From NCBI RefSeq assembly GCF_030144855.1, contig NC_082730.1, positions 15,004,001-15,068,000 of the forward strand: DNA of 64,000 bases. The letters are read 5' to 3'. Shown here in pieces: positions 51,204 through 64,000 of the stretch; position 1 is the stretch's first letter; every line of letters begins with the position of its first letter. This DNA is from Hypanus sabinus. Its lineage: Eukaryota. The notes beneath the pieces were generated by a model that saw only the letters and a list, made by a program, of their open reading frames with translations, searched no databases and had not been told where the DNA came from. Made by a program: the position numbers and the translations under genes.

Positions 51204-54200
51204 TTCACCTCCCCGCCTTTATTTTAAAAGAGAGTCCCCATGGGGCGAAGTTTCTTACAAGTATATTTACAAGTTAAGTCTATCAGGTGGTCGAATCTGT
51301 CGCTGCGATCTACGTAGCACCGGCTGTGATTCTACAGGTGCCAGTGGTGATTGCACCGGAGACGATGGTTGTGCTGGTTCCGGCCTGACTGGAGGTGTCA
51401 GCCCACTAGGCGTCAGTGATCCCTCATGCGTGTGCGAGGCACCTGGTATATGCGTGTGCGAGACACCCGGTATAGGAGTGTCATGAGCAGTCTGTGTAGG
51501 GCTCGGTGTGCGCGGTTTCACCTCAGGTACAGGGTTCATAGTTACTGTGGAGTGTTCGGGGTAGTGGTCTGCTGCTCCTGCGGGTGCCAGGTCGCGGATG
51601 GAGACCGTGTCCTCCCGCCCATCAGGTAAGACCAAGTAGACATACTGGGGGTTCGCATGTAGAAGGTGAACCCTCTCACCCAGCGGGGAGTATTTATTGC
51701 TCCTCACATGTTTCCAGAGCAGCACTGGCCCTGGGGATGTCAGCCAAGCTGGTAGGGTGGTCACTGTGGCAGACTTCCTGGGAAAAGAAAATAGGCATTC
51801 GTGAGGGGTGGCATTGGTGGACGTACATAACAGGAAGCAGATAGAGTGGAGTGTCTGGGGAGGACCTCCTGCCATCGAGAGACTGGTAATTTCCACACTG
51901 CGGCATTCTCCCTTTCCACCTGTCCATTTCCCCGGGGATTGTAGCTCATGGTCCTACTAGTAGCAATGCCCCTAGCCAGCAGGTACTGGCGCAGCTCGTC
52001 ACTCATAAAAGAGGACCCTCTATCACTGTGGATATAGCAGGGATATCCAAACAGAGGGAAGAGCTGGTGTAGGGCTTTTATGATGGATGTGGCAGTGGGG
52101 TCGGGGCAGGGAATGGCAAAGGGGAACCGTGAGTACTTGTCGATAATGTTGAGAAAGTAGACATTGTGGTCAGTGGAGGGAAGAGGGCCCTTAAAGTCAA
52201 CACTCAGTCACTCAAAGGGGCGGGTGGCCTTGATAAGTTGTGCCTTTTCAGGACCGTAGAAGTGTGGTTTGCACTCAGCGCAGACTTGGCAGTCCCTGGT
52301 CATCATCCTGATGTCCTGAAGGGAGTAAGGCAGTTTCCGGGCTTTCACAAAATGGTAAAATCGGGTGACCCCTGGGTGGCAAAGATCTGCATGGAGGGCG
52401 TATAGCTGGTCAATCTGTGTGCTGGCGCACGCTCCTCGGGATAGGGCATCAGGGGGCTCATTGAGCCTTCCAGGCCGGTACAGGATATCATAGTTGTAGG
52501 TGGAGAGTTCTATTCTCCACCGCAAAATTTTATCATTTTTGATTTTGCTCCGCTGTTGGTTGCTGAACATGAACGCAACTGAGCACTGGTTGGTCAGCAA
52601 GGTGAACCTTTTGCCGGCGAGATAGTGCCTCCAGTGCCTAATAGCTTCCACTATGGCCTGGGCTTCTTTCTCCACTGTGGAGTGCCGAATTTCAGACCCT
52701 TGAAGGGTACGAGAAAAGAATGCTACTGGCCTGCCTGCCTGAATGAGGGTAGCAGCCAGTGCAAAATCGGAGGCATCACTCTCTACTTGGAAGGGAATGG
52801 TCTCATCCATCACATGCATCGTTGCTTCAGCAATGTCCCCTTTAATGCGGCTGGAGGCTGCGCTGGTCTCGGCAGAGAGGGGAGATGTGGTAGACTTGAC
52901 CGGGGGGGGGGCCTTGTCTACATAATGGGGGACCCATTGGGCGTAATAGGAAAAGAAGCCGAGAGACTGTCTGAGGGCTCTGAGGGTGGTGGGAAGAGGG
53001 AGTTCTAACAGGGGGCTAATAAGGTCGGGATCCGGGCCAATGACCCCGTTTTCCACGACATACCCAAGGATAGCGAGACGGGTGGTTCGGAACACACACT
53101 TGTCCCTGTTATAAGTAAGGTTCAGGGCTTTGGCCACTTGGAAAAATTGTTGGAGGTTGGTGTTGTGATCCGGCCAGTCGCGACCACAGATGGTGATGTT
53201 ATCCAGATAGGGAAATGTGGCCTTCAGCTGGCACTGGTCCACTATCCGGTCCATTTCCCTCTGGAAGACAGAGACACCATTTGTGACACCGAAGGGGACG
53301 TGCAGGAAGTAATAGAGCCTGCCGCCTGCATCGAAGGCGGTGAAGGGGCGGTCCTCTGGGCGTATGAGGAGCTGGTGATAAGCGGATTTCAGATCTATTG
53401 TCGAGAACACCTTGTACTGAGCTATCTGGTTGACCATATCCGCGATGTGGGGTAGGGGGTACGCGTCAAGCTGCGTGAACCTATTGATGGTTTGACTATA
53501 GTCCACCACCATCCTATTTTTCTGCCCTGTCCGAACAATAACCACCTGGGCCCTCCAAGGACTTGTGCTTGGCTCAATGATCCCCTCCCTGAGCAGCCAC
53601 TGCACCTCTGACTGAATGAAGGCCCTGTCCCCCGCGCTGTACCTCCTGCTTTTAGTTGCCACAGGTTTACAGTCAGGGGTCAGGTTGGCGAACAGCGGTG
53701 GGGGAGGGATCTTGATGGTGGAGAGGCTACAAGTGGTGTCAGTAGCTGAGCTGTCAGCACGGTGCTGGGAGGGATGTGTGGGTCGGTGTATGTGTGTGGT
53801 CAGTAGCGGGGTATATGACAAAGCCCCACAAAACTGAGGATTCCTGACAGTGAGTGGTGGGAGGGGCCCATCATATGCCATAGTCACACTTTCTAGGTGG
53901 CTCTGGAAGTCCAGCCCCAATAGCATAGGCGCGCACAGTTGAGGCATGACCAGTAGCGCAAAGTTCCGATATTCTGTACCACCAATGTCACTACACAGCC
54001 CACACGGATGTCTGTGGAATGCGACCCAGAAGCCATGGTGACCCTCTGGCTTACCGGCCGTGTCATGAGTCTGCAGCGTTGCACCGTGTCCAGGTTAATA
54101 AAACTCTCAGTGCTGCCAGTGTCAATCAGGCAGCTAGTCCTGTGCCCCTCCACCAGGATGTCCATCATTGACCTTGCAAGCTGGTGTGGGGCGCTTTGGT

Positions 54201-55208
54201 CGAGGGTTACGGAGGCCAGAGTTGAACTACCGTCTTGGTGCCCGGTAAGCACCGGTGGGTCTGGGGCAGGGCAAGGTGGCGCTGACAAAGATGGTTGCCC
54301 CCTTGCCTCGCACGAGGCGGGCAGGCAAGATGGCGGCGACCAAGATGGCGGCCCCCATGCCTCACACGCAGTGCTGCCCAACCCCGCTTGAGGTTCCGAC
54401 TTACAGACCTTGGCGAAATGGCTCTTCTTCCCTCAGCTGGAGCAGGTAGCTTCTCGGGCTGGGCAGCGTTTTCAGGGGTGCTTTTCAAATCCGCTGAAAT
54501 AACACTGCATGGACTTGCGACTGGCAGCAACTGTGGTCAGTTTCAGGGGGTTCGTGGACTCGCGACTGGCAGCAGCGGTGGTGAATTCGCTCATGGGAAC
54601 CTGCGGCGGCAGGCTCTGCAGTGTCCACAGAACCGGCGGGGGATCACACGGCTGGACAGCGTCAGCATTGTGCAGAGCAGCCTCCAGTGTGTCGGCCGTC
54701 TTGATCACCAAGCGTAAGGTAAGATCGGCATTTTCCAGCAGCAGCTGGCGCACGTACACTGACCTGATCCCCGTAACGAAGGTGTCTCGTATTAGCAGCT
54801 CCTCATGTTGTTCCGCTGTCAGTCCTTTGCAGTCGCAGGCCTGCACGAGTGTCTGTAGGGCTCGGAGAAACCCAGCGCTCGACTCGTTGGTTCGCTGTCA
54901 CCGCGTCGCTAAGCGATGTCTTGCGTAGACGGTGTTCACCGGCCGCAGGTACTGTCTTTTGAGGGTGTCCAGTGCCCCTTGGTCGGTCGGCAGGTCCCTG
55001 ATAAGTGAGTAAACTTTGGGGCTGACCCTCGAAAGGAGGATTCTATGCATAATAGCGGGCTCAGTCACACAAACCTCCTGCAAGTATGATTGGAAGCATG
55101 CAAGCCAGAGTTCAAAGGCAAGAGCTGCTTCTGGGGCTTGGGGGTCCAAGTCTATTTTTTCCGGATGTAAAATACTTTCCATGTTTTAAAACTTCCAGCC
55201 AATAAAAT

Positions 55209-55423
55209 TGATGCACCATCAATAACTCTCAGAGACTTGAGGCGAGATATAGGCTTTTATTGGCTGGAAGAAAGAACAAGCAGCAATTGACCACCACACT
55301 ACATCCTGGAGACTGAGACTGGGGCGGTGTCTCCAATTGCCTTTATACCGGGGTCCGTGGGAGGAGCCACAGGAGGAGTCAGCGGGGGGGGTGTGTCCAG
55401 ACAGGTATATGTAGTTCACCACA
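55209..55423 (-). repeat. 5' LTR of the Gypsy element (215 bp)
   Basis: TG...CA ends; TATA-like (rc of ctttatacc) and AATAAA on the minus strand. Confidence 0.95.
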
Positions 55424-56108
55424 CATGGAACGATCTAACCTGGTGAACAGGGATACTGTGATACTGGAGACTGAGAGTCTGAGCAAAGGTATGTAGGGTT
55501 AGGGGAAAGGGAGACCGTGGAGCTGAGCTAGGTAATATAGTAATGTCTTCTCCTTGGATACGTGTGACCTGCCCATTTACTGTGCCCTATGATTCTATGA
55601 GAAATAGAAAACTACAGGGGTCGTCTACTTAACACAGACAATTTCCTGTCAAAATGGAGTTGATTTGTTTTAAGAACATTTCTGACAAGGATTTTACTCC
55701 ATTGTGACTGTGTAATTCCTTTCACTTGGTTTCCCCTCACATCAAAGTGAAATTCCATCAGAGCTCTTGAAATTGCATCAACAAATGGAACAGAATTCAG
55801 AAGGGGTGAGTTTTAAAGTTTCCTTCAAATGGCAGACACAGCTTTCAGAGAGGATAGGGAATGAAGTGAAGTACTGTATGCTGAGTTTGCATAAAAAGCC
55901 CCTTCAACATCACACCTATTTCCTACTTTGCTCCCTCTTCAGCATCAAGTTCCCCAAAACATATTTGATTGAATTATCAAAATCAGAATGAAAATCACGG
56001 TTATTATTACCAGCAAGTGTCGTAAAATTTGTTAACTTAGCAGTTGCAGTTCAACTGAATATATAATACAGAAGAGAAATAATAATTATAAATAAATAAA
56101 ACATTTAC

Positions 56109-56485
56109 AGAAAAGATGCTATCGCAACATCTTGGGCATCTCATACTTGGACCACATCACAAACGAGCAGGTCCGCAAGTCCATCCAGCACAACACTGGC
56201 CCCCATGAAGACCTTCTCACAACAGTGAAGAAAAGAAAGCTGAGATGGTAACAAGATCCAGTGGCCTTGTGAAGACCGTTCTACAAGGAACTGTGGAGGG
56301 GAAAAGAAGGAGAGTCAGACTGAGGAAAAGTGGACAGACAACATTATAGAATGGACAGGGAAAACATTTGCGGTGACCCAGGCTCTGGTACACAACCGCG
56401 ACAGATGGAACAGACTGGTGCAAAGCTTGTCATGACGGCATCCCAACATCTCCACCAGGAGTTACGGGTGCAAAAAGAAGAAGAT
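56109..56485 (+). mobile_element. RTE-clade LINE 3' fragment
   Basis: Translates approximately to RCYRNILGISYLDHITNEQVR...EDLLTTVKKRKLRW...LQGTVEGKRR...WTDNI.EWTG; gaa-repeat tail. Confidence 0.8.
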
Positions 56486-57879
56486 TCAGTATACTTTATA
56501 CGGTATATGTATATTGAATAGATTAAGAATCATGTAGAAACAGAAATAATATGTATTTAACAAGTGACGTAGTGTTCACGGGTTCAATGTCCATTTATGA
56601 ATCAAGTAGCAGAAGGGAAGCTGCTGTTCCTGAATCGCTGAGTGTGTGCCTTCAGGCTTCTGTTTCTCCTAACTGATCGAAACAATGAGAAAAAGGTATG
56701 TCCTGAGTGCTGGGGGTACCAAGGCAAGATCCAGAATGATGTACACATCTTGGAGTGTATGTCCATAACTCCCTGAAATCTGGAACAGAAAGAGATTGTA
56801 AAGTAGCTGATAAAGAGAGTTTATGACAATGGACCAGCATTGTGCATATCAGAATTCATGTTGCAAATTTTAAAAATAAGGTTAATACACACTTTAGGTT
56901 GGTGTGTCGTTGTGTCTGCAGCATAGCATTAAGGGTGTGGAAACATTGGAAGGACTGCAGAAGAGATTCAATAGATTTTGCCTGTAATAGCAGACCATAA
57001 GATCAAAAGATTAGGCCATTCTTCCATTTGAGTCTATTCTACCATTCCATCATGCCTGATTTATTTTCTCTCTCAACCTTATTCCCCTGCCTTCTTTCCT
57101 TAATCTTTGATGCCCTTAATATTCAAGAACTTATCAATTTCCACTTTAAACATATCCAGTAAATAGGCCTCCACAGCCATCTGTGGCAGTGAATTTGACA
57201 GATTCACCACCCAGCAGCTAAAACAGTTTTCCCTCATCTCTGTTCTAAAGGAACGTGTATGTACTCAGAAGCACTGCCCTCCAATCCTAGAACTCCCCAT
57301 CACAGGGAACATCCTCTCCACAGCCACTCCCCCTTGTCCTTTCAATATTCAATAGGTTTGAATACGATTCCCCCTCTCCGCCTCATTCTTCTAATCTCCA
57401 GTGAGTACAGACCTAGAGCCATCAAACTTTCTACTCACTCCCACAACACTCAATATGGGCTCTTTCACTTTCCATCATTAACTTTCATCATGAACACTTT
57501 CCCTAATGACACCCCACAGCTAACATTATCAGTCAAGCAGAAAATAAATTGAGCTTCAGGAGTCAAGTGGTCAACGTTTCAGATTAATTCCCTGCTTCAG
57601 GGCACATCCAGTTGTTTATTTTGACTTCAGATTAGAACATTTACTGTTTTTTGTGTATAATATTTTAACCCCTCTCAGCATTTTATTCAGCCTTTGAGAA
57701 TTGTTCAGATGTTCCTGTCCTGTTAAATATAACAAAAAGCTTTTCAGATTGTCACGTACCACACACCAATTGTTTTACTATAGATTTTGATCGAACTTCC
57801 TGCTGCCTTCTTCCTTATTTTTATTTCAGTCATTTCTCTCTGAGGACAGACAGGTCCTGGTTGTGTCTCTGTGAATAAA

Positions 57880-57919
57880 ATGCTGTGGACATTGATTCTT
57901 CTGATTGGTTTCCTACCTG
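57880..57919 (+). CDS. Gene 2 leader exon MLWTLILLIGFLP(V)
   Basis: ATG in aaaATGc context, hydrophobic signal peptide, donor G|gtgagt phase 1; joins V5 to give ...FLPVSGALWA. Confidence 0.88.
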
Positions 57920-58840
57920 GTGAGTGACAGACAGCACAGGACAACTGCATAATCAGTGTTGGATTGGGGGTCGTACAACATTTCCACATCAGTGCTTGAA
58001 TAATTGTAGACACTAAAGATGTCGGAAACTGGAGTTAAGAGTACACTCCTGGAGGAAATCAGTGGGTCAAGCACCTTCTGTCAGTGGGAGGAGGAGGGGA
58101 GATGTCAAATGTTTGTGTCGAGACCTTGTGTCATGTGTGAGTGGAGAGGGAGAAGGTGTAAATAGGAGAGGGGGAGGCGTGTAACTGGGTCCACAAGCTA
58201 GTCGGGGCTAACGAATTGTGAAGCACAACAGACAAATGAAACGGGGTGAGAAAGGGATGGTGTTTGGAGGTGGGTGAGAGGTGGAAGCAGATAAGAAGAA
58301 CAGAGGAATAGTGTAGACCCAGGATTGGGGAGAATATGTCCAGCTGGAGAAATCTCCTGGAACCTGTTAAGCAAGACCATCAGGTCTACCATTGCTGGAA
58401 TCTGATCTCACTCTGTAGGGATCACTATGACATTCAACATTATTGTCTTGAAATCAGAGTTCTTCCTGGGCCACTCCAGTGGTGCAGTTAGCAGAGAACG
58501 TTATCAGATCTGGAGTCAAAGTAAACCAGGGTTTTAGGGATGCGAGATTTCTCTCGCTAAAAGCCTTTCCAATCCAGATAGAATTTTGACAATCTGGCAG
58601 TTCATCATTGTCATTATTGATATGTTTTTTTTCAATTCCAGAAATAATAAGTTACTGAAGTCACACCTGAATTTCTAGACACTAAAGTACTAATGAACTA
58701 ATGAGGACTGTTGCACCACCTTCTAACTACCCACAGAAATACTTGATAGGTACAATAATTGCAATTTGCTTCAGAACCAGATGGCAGTTTCAGACATCAT
58801 GAGGGGTCCCTTTCTGTAGTTTATAAACTTGTCTGAACAC

Positions 58841-58893
58841 ACACGCACACTCACTCACTCACTCACTCACACACTCACACTCACTCACTCACT
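58841..58893. repeat. (CACT)n microsatellite
   Basis: cactcactcactc... directly visible. Confidence 0.9.
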
Positions 58894-59298
58894 CCCATTT
58901 GGGAGCATCTTAAATGAAATAGCTGGGACCTGTGTGGACATTCTGAAGCAACTGAAATTTCAACACTTTCAGGGCCTCAGAAGCCATGTATGGTATTGAA
59001 TTCCATGGATTCAGCACACGCTGTCTACACTGCCACTCTCCCTCAGTACTGCACTGGAATATCAACCCTCGGTTTCTGCTCAGGACTCTGGAGTGGGAAG
59101 TGTACTGAGACAGGGGAGAGTTCACTGACACGACTGACAGAGTAACAGCACTGAAAGCACCTCAAGCCAAAATCATTGGCTGTGGTGTTATTGTCCACAT
59201 GCTGGGCATGACCTGCACCTGTTTTCACCGGCATGTTCAAAAATATGTGTTGCATTAAGTTGTTACTTTTTCCTCAAATCGGAAAATGCCTCCCTCAG

Positions 59299-59619
59299 TT
59301 TCAGGTGCATTGTGGGCAGAGCAGTATGTAAGAGGAGTTGTGGGAAGAGTGATCACAATCGATTGTCACTATGAAGCAAAGTACCGCTCACACACAAAGT
59401 ATTGGTGCCGTGGATGGAGTCAACAATGTTCAGTTTTAGTGGAAACAAAAGGGCAACATGGATGGAGTGGACGAGTGTCAATCACAAATAACCCGGAACG
59501 GGGAATATTTACTGTTACTATGGAGGATCTTTGCTCTGGAGATACAGGATGGTACAGCTGTGGAATTACAACACCAGGTGCTGATCCGATGTTTAATGTA
59601 GATCTACAAGTATTTGATG
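59299..59619 (+). CDS. Gene 2 V-type Ig exon V5, CD300/CMRF35/pIgR-like
   Basis: VSGALWAEQYVRGVVG..ITIDCHY...KYWCRGWSQQC..LVET...GRVSI...GIFTVTMEDL...DTGWYSCGI; ccctcag| and G|gtaggt. Confidence 0.93.
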
Positions 59620-60442
59620 GTAGGTTTCCCAGTGATTGATTTCTGCCTTTCATAAAATAAATGTCTCATGATCTTTGTCCAGACCCTGTCCATCCCTCAC
59701 TATCTCTGCATTAATATCAGTGCCAAATGTTTCCCTTTAAACACCAGGTCACTGAACCCGGACACTATTTCATTCTCTCCTGAAAGCCACCAAGCTTGTG
59801 AGAGATTTCTGAAAAGTTGCTGCCTTAAACAATTAGTGGCTGCTTTATTAGGCATCTCCTGTACATAATAGAGTGGCCATGGAGTGTATGTTCATGGTCT
59901 TTTGCTTCTGTGTCCCATCCACTTCGAGGTTTGACGTGCTGTACTTTCAGATGCTTTTCGGCACAACGCTGTCGTAACGCCTGGTTATTGAATTACTGTC
60001 ACATTTCTGTCAGCTTGAACCAGTCCGGACATTCTCCTCTCTCATTAACAAGGCATTTTGTTCACAGAATTACTGCTCTCTGGATGTTATTTCATGTTGT
60101 TAGCTCCATTCTCTGTAAACTTTAGAGACAGCTGTGTGTGAAAATCCCAGTAGATAAATAGAACCTGAGATATTTAAACTACCCTGCCTGGCCCCAGCAA
60201 TTATTTCATGGTCAAAGTTACTTAGATCAAATTTCTTTCTCATTCTGATATTTGGCCTGAACATTGACTAAACCTCTTGAATACTTCTGCATGCTTTTAT
60301 GGGCGGAGGTGCTGCCACATGATTGATTAATTAGATGTTTGCATTAATGATCAGGTGAATATTTATACCTGATAAAGTGGCAGAAGAGTGTATGATTTTC
60401 AGATGTTCATTCAGTGTCTGAATGTTTAATTCTTTCCCACAG

Positions 60443-60763
60443 AACCTGTGTCTGTTCCTGTGGTTCGATATCTATCACCAGCAAATGTCTCACGTCTCGG
60501 GGGCTCAGTGTCAGTTTCCTGTGAGTCCCTCCAGGGATCCCTTCCCATTCAGTACAGCTGGTATGAACAAACCTCATCTGGGCATCGAAAGGTATCAGGC
60601 ACCAATGAACTGGCTCTGCATTGTCAATCCTTCAACCACCAGCACTATCAATATTACTGTGGAGCCTCAAATTGGAAGGGAGCAAGATCCAGTGCAATGG
60701 TTAATGTGACAGTCTTCAACAATGGAGAGATCTGCAGTCATGTGACAGCAATCAATGGCACCA
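60443..60763 (+). CDS. Gene 2 C2-type Ig exon C5
   Basis: tctttcccacag|AA CCT GTG TCT...VSCESLQGSLPIQYSWYE...QYYCGASN...NGT A|gtaagt; 321 nt. Confidence 0.92.
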
Positions 60764-61239
60764 GTAAGTTCTCCTTTCAAGAGCAGATACTTTTAAATCT
60801 TTCTTTATGTTACTCTGTTACTGCAGCTCTTGTACTGTTGGTGAGGGCAAGGCATATCTTTGCATTTGTAGAAGCTACACATTGCAGCCTCCATGGGGTA
60901 GAAATAAAGTGCAGTGAACAGTTAAGTCTGTCACTTCCTCCTGGAAGATGTGGAACATCTCAAACATAGTTGGACTTGTGTATCCAGACTGATTGAGAAC
61001 ATTCTATTAATACTTTACTTTGAAAAGCATAGTATAGTTGTTGAGTTGTGAGACAGTGTCATTCTCATGAAAGCAAAAGGAAGGATTTATAATATTGCAA
61101 ATATTATTGGGAATGACAGAAATTGGGCAATGTCAGGGGTCAGAAATGAGTGTGGTTGCTATTACTAAGCTGGAGGTGCTTAGGAAGCTGTGAGATCTGA
61201 AGGCAGATCAGTCACTTGGACCAAAAGGACTACACCCCT

Positions 61240-62030
61240 GCGTCCTGAAAGGGTTATATAAAGAAATTGTGGAGGCATTAGTGGTGACCTTTCAAGATTC
61301 ACTAGACTCTGGAATGTTCAAAGGACTGGAAAATTGGAAATATCAACACCACTCTTTAAGAAAGAATGGAGGCAAAAGGAAGGAATTTGTCAACCAGCTA
61401 AAGTGAATTCAGTGGCTGGGAAGATCCTGGAGTCCATTATTAAGAACAGGATTTTGGGATAGTTGAAGGTAAATGATCAAATATGGTTCCTTTATGGGGA
61501 AATCTTACCTGAAAAATCAACCTCGGAATGCACGGACATCCATTTATTTTATTTGTCTTCTGACCGAGTGCAGAATAGGTCCTTCCAGCACTTTGGACCA
61601 CAACACCGAAGGAACTCTCGACAAACCCAATTAACTGTAACCTAATCACAGGGCAATCTCCAAGACCAATTAACTTAATCTGAATATCTTTGGACTGTAG
61701 GAAGAAACAGCACCAGCCAGGGAGACCCCATACATTCCACATGGAGAATGTACAGATTCCATACATCAGAACAGAGATGAGGAGGATTTTCTGTGGCCAG
61801 CAGGTATTGAATCTGTGGAATTCAATATGATGCATGGCTCTTGAGGCCAAGTCATTGGGTTTATTTAAAGCGTAACTTAATAGTTTATAGTATAGGAAAG
61901 GCATCAAAGATTATGAGGAGAAGTCAGGAGAATGGAATTGAATGGGGTAATAAATCAGCCTTGATGGAATAGTGGAGCAGACTGTATGGGCCAAATGGCC
62001 TAATTCTCCTCCTATGTCTTATGATCTCAC
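61240..62030 (+). mobile_element. Decayed CR1 fragments interrupted by a SINE-like insert
   Basis: CR1 RT N-terminal piece (...gggaagatcctggagtccattattaag) and 3' end (gaatctgtggaattc...gggccaaatggcctaattctcctcctatgtctt). Confidence 0.6.
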
Positions 62031-64000
62031 TGTCTATGGTCGTCTCTAGTTTGTGACTATCTGAGCAGCCTAGGTAAATTACTAACTGCTGAAACTGAGT
62101 TTCTGATTGTTGAATAAAAAACCTCACTCACTTTGAGACATGAGCAGGGAATCCATTACTTCAATTTAAGTTTACGTACGATATGAACAAGGCTGCTGTA
62201 TTTCATGATTACAACAAGGTAACTAAACCTTGGGTTTGATTGTTATTTTTGTTTTATGGTTGCCTGGAAGGAAGTAAATCTCAAAGTTGTGTATGGAATA
62301 GGTTTTTTGATAATAAATATACTTCGAACTTTGAACTTTGAAATTGCAGTGCAGACTGGCTGTGATTCCATAAGCTGTCACATCTATGCAATGAAATAGA
62401 ATTCTGAATTTAACCTTTCAAAAGTGTGTTCCAGTTTAGAGAGGATGCTGCAGAGTCAGAGAGTTACAGGTTATGGGTACAGGAGCTTCACTCCAAATCG
62501 TCCATGCTGATTACAGTGTCTTCCTGAGCTTCTCCCATTTCCCTGCACATCTAAAACCTTCCTGTACATGAACTTGTCCAAATGTATTTTAAATAGTTTA
62601 TTTTACCCTTCTCTAGCATTGCTTGTTGCAATTTTTCCATGCACACACTGCTCTGTGGAAAACACTGCCACTCCAGGCTCTCTAAGAATTTCCCCTCACT
62701 CCTTGAACCGAGAGTCTCTAGTTTTCAACACCCCTACCCTGGAATAAAGACAGTGATTATCCACCATACCTTTGTCAACAAAGTAACACAATAGAATCCA
62801 CTTAAAACCACACACAACAAAGGCTGACAAACAAACTATGTGCAAAAGATGACAAATCGTGAAAATAATAAAAATACTTAAACAAATAATACATAGAACA
62901 TGATAGGCAGAGTCCCTGAAAGTGATTTCACAGCTGCAGAGTCAGTTCAGAGCTGTGGCGTGTGAAACTAATCCAGGGGCCTGATTGCTGTCGGACAACA
63001 ACTGTTTACGAACCCTGTGGTGTCGGCCCTAAGACTCCTGCACCTTCCACCTGATGGTAGTACCGAGAAGAGAGGGAGACGGGTCAAATACAAGCAGACA
63101 GGACAGGCTCAGGTGGGGGGGGGGGGGAGCTTGCTGGCACTGAGTATTGGGGCTGAACACCGGCTCATTTTCAAGATCCTGTTTTAAACTTAGAAAACTC
63201 ATGTCCACTCCACTATAGTGTCATCCATAACGTAGAAATCATGCTGTCTGCATTATCATTCTAATTATTAAAATTGATGACAAATAAGAGTGGTTAACAA
63301 ATAGCAGCACTGATCCCGATGGCACACCACTGGTGATAAAGTCTGACGTTGTCAGAAAACCAACACTGCACCACCACAATCTGACTCCTTACACGAAGCC
63401 TATTCAGTATCCATCCAGCGAGCTTATCATGTGATCTCACATTACAAATCAGTCTACTATGCAATGCATGGTCATAAGCCTTGCTAAACTCAACTGCTAA
63501 ATTCTAAGGTCCTGTCCTCATTAGTTCCTTTGATCATCTCTCAAAGAAAACTCAGTCAAATATTTATTTTTGTAATTCAAATTTTTATTATTATTTATTC
63601 TTATTTTACAAAGCAGCACAGCATATCATAGAGCAGGTACAGTACAGCATATTTATACAGCCATCCCACGACAGGAAAACATTTAAAACTAAGAAACAGA
63701 AAAATTCTAATTTAAGTTTAAATTAACATAAACCAAAATTGATCCCATGTGTCTTGCTCTTTTCCCTCACTGTTAATTCTTCCCAACATGCATTCATAAG
63801 ATGAACTCTTCATCATTCCCTCACAGTGGGACATCTGGGTTTTTTCCAGTTTTGCAATATAATTTTTGCAGCTGTGTTGAGACCCACCTTTAAAATCGTA
63901 AATATGTCATTGTTTACTTTAGGTATCAGAGGATTTACCATGCACAAAATCATGTTGACTATCCAAAATCAGATCTTACCTTTGTAAATACAGGCCTCAC

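Larger units (their letters stand above)
50969..55423 (-). mobile_element. Gypsy/Ty3 LTR retrotransposon, 4455 bp, gag-PR-RT-RH-INT, frameshifted
   Basis: gag from 55182; protease LIDTGS (53893-54381); RT/RH 579-aa ORF 52208-53947 (YPLP, DLKSAYHQ, PFG, YLDN, DASD, EKEA); integrase 51267-52006; PPT rc of ttcacctccccgcc next to the 3' LTR. Confidence 0.97.

Noticed and set aside
51073-54928. Plus-strand ORFs inside the Gypsy element as antisense genes
   Set aside because: Expected shadows of a GC-rich coding strand; no motifs.
35115-57800. Further cytoplasmic exons with ITIM/ITAM motifs for gene 1
   Set aside because: Several AG...GT candidates (e.g. near 50705 and 55618) lacked convincing phase or motif support.
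2370-59619. V exons as rearranging Ig/TCR/IgNAR gene segments
   Set aside because: Each V exon includes its own G strand and ends in a GT donor; no heptamer-spacer-nonamer RSS is adjacent; motifs fit the CD300/pIgR type.

Overview
This is vertebrate genomic DNA, most likely a cartilaginous fish. That assignment is an inference from the repeat landscape (CR1, V-SINE-like, Penelope-like, L1, Rex/Babar, Tc1, hAT, Gypsy) and the type of Ig domains. It is not prokaryotic; most of the supplied short ORFs are intronic read-throughs or TE remnants. The window holds a cluster of CD300/pIgR-like immunoglobulin-superfamily receptor genes on the + strand. Gene 1 (enters from the left edge, to at least 35114) is built from tandemly duplicated three-exon modules: V-type Ig exon, C2-type Ig exon, Cys/Thr-rich stalk exon. 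Four complete modules and the stalk of an earlier one are visible, followed by one TM exon carrying an in-frame TAG and a probable cytoplasmic exon. I found no leader exon inside the repeats. Every gene-1 V exon has two AG acceptors 17 nt apart. The upstream one (phase 2) joins in frame to the preceding stalk donor; the downstream one (phase 1) fits a leader exon. This could give a concatenated multi-module receptor and combinatorial isoforms. Gene 2 (57880 onward) is a conventional paralogue with leader, V and C2 exons, and it lacks the extra acceptor. Mobile elements include two near full-length antisense L1-type LINEs (one with a 13-bp TSD) and a 4.45-kb Gypsy LTR element whose PBS is a perfect 16-bp complement of its own LTR (possible self-priming). 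Rex/Babar, Penelope, CR1, RTE, Tc1 and hAT/pogo MITE pieces are also present. All exon calls were made by hand from splice signals and reading frame and need transcript confirmation.
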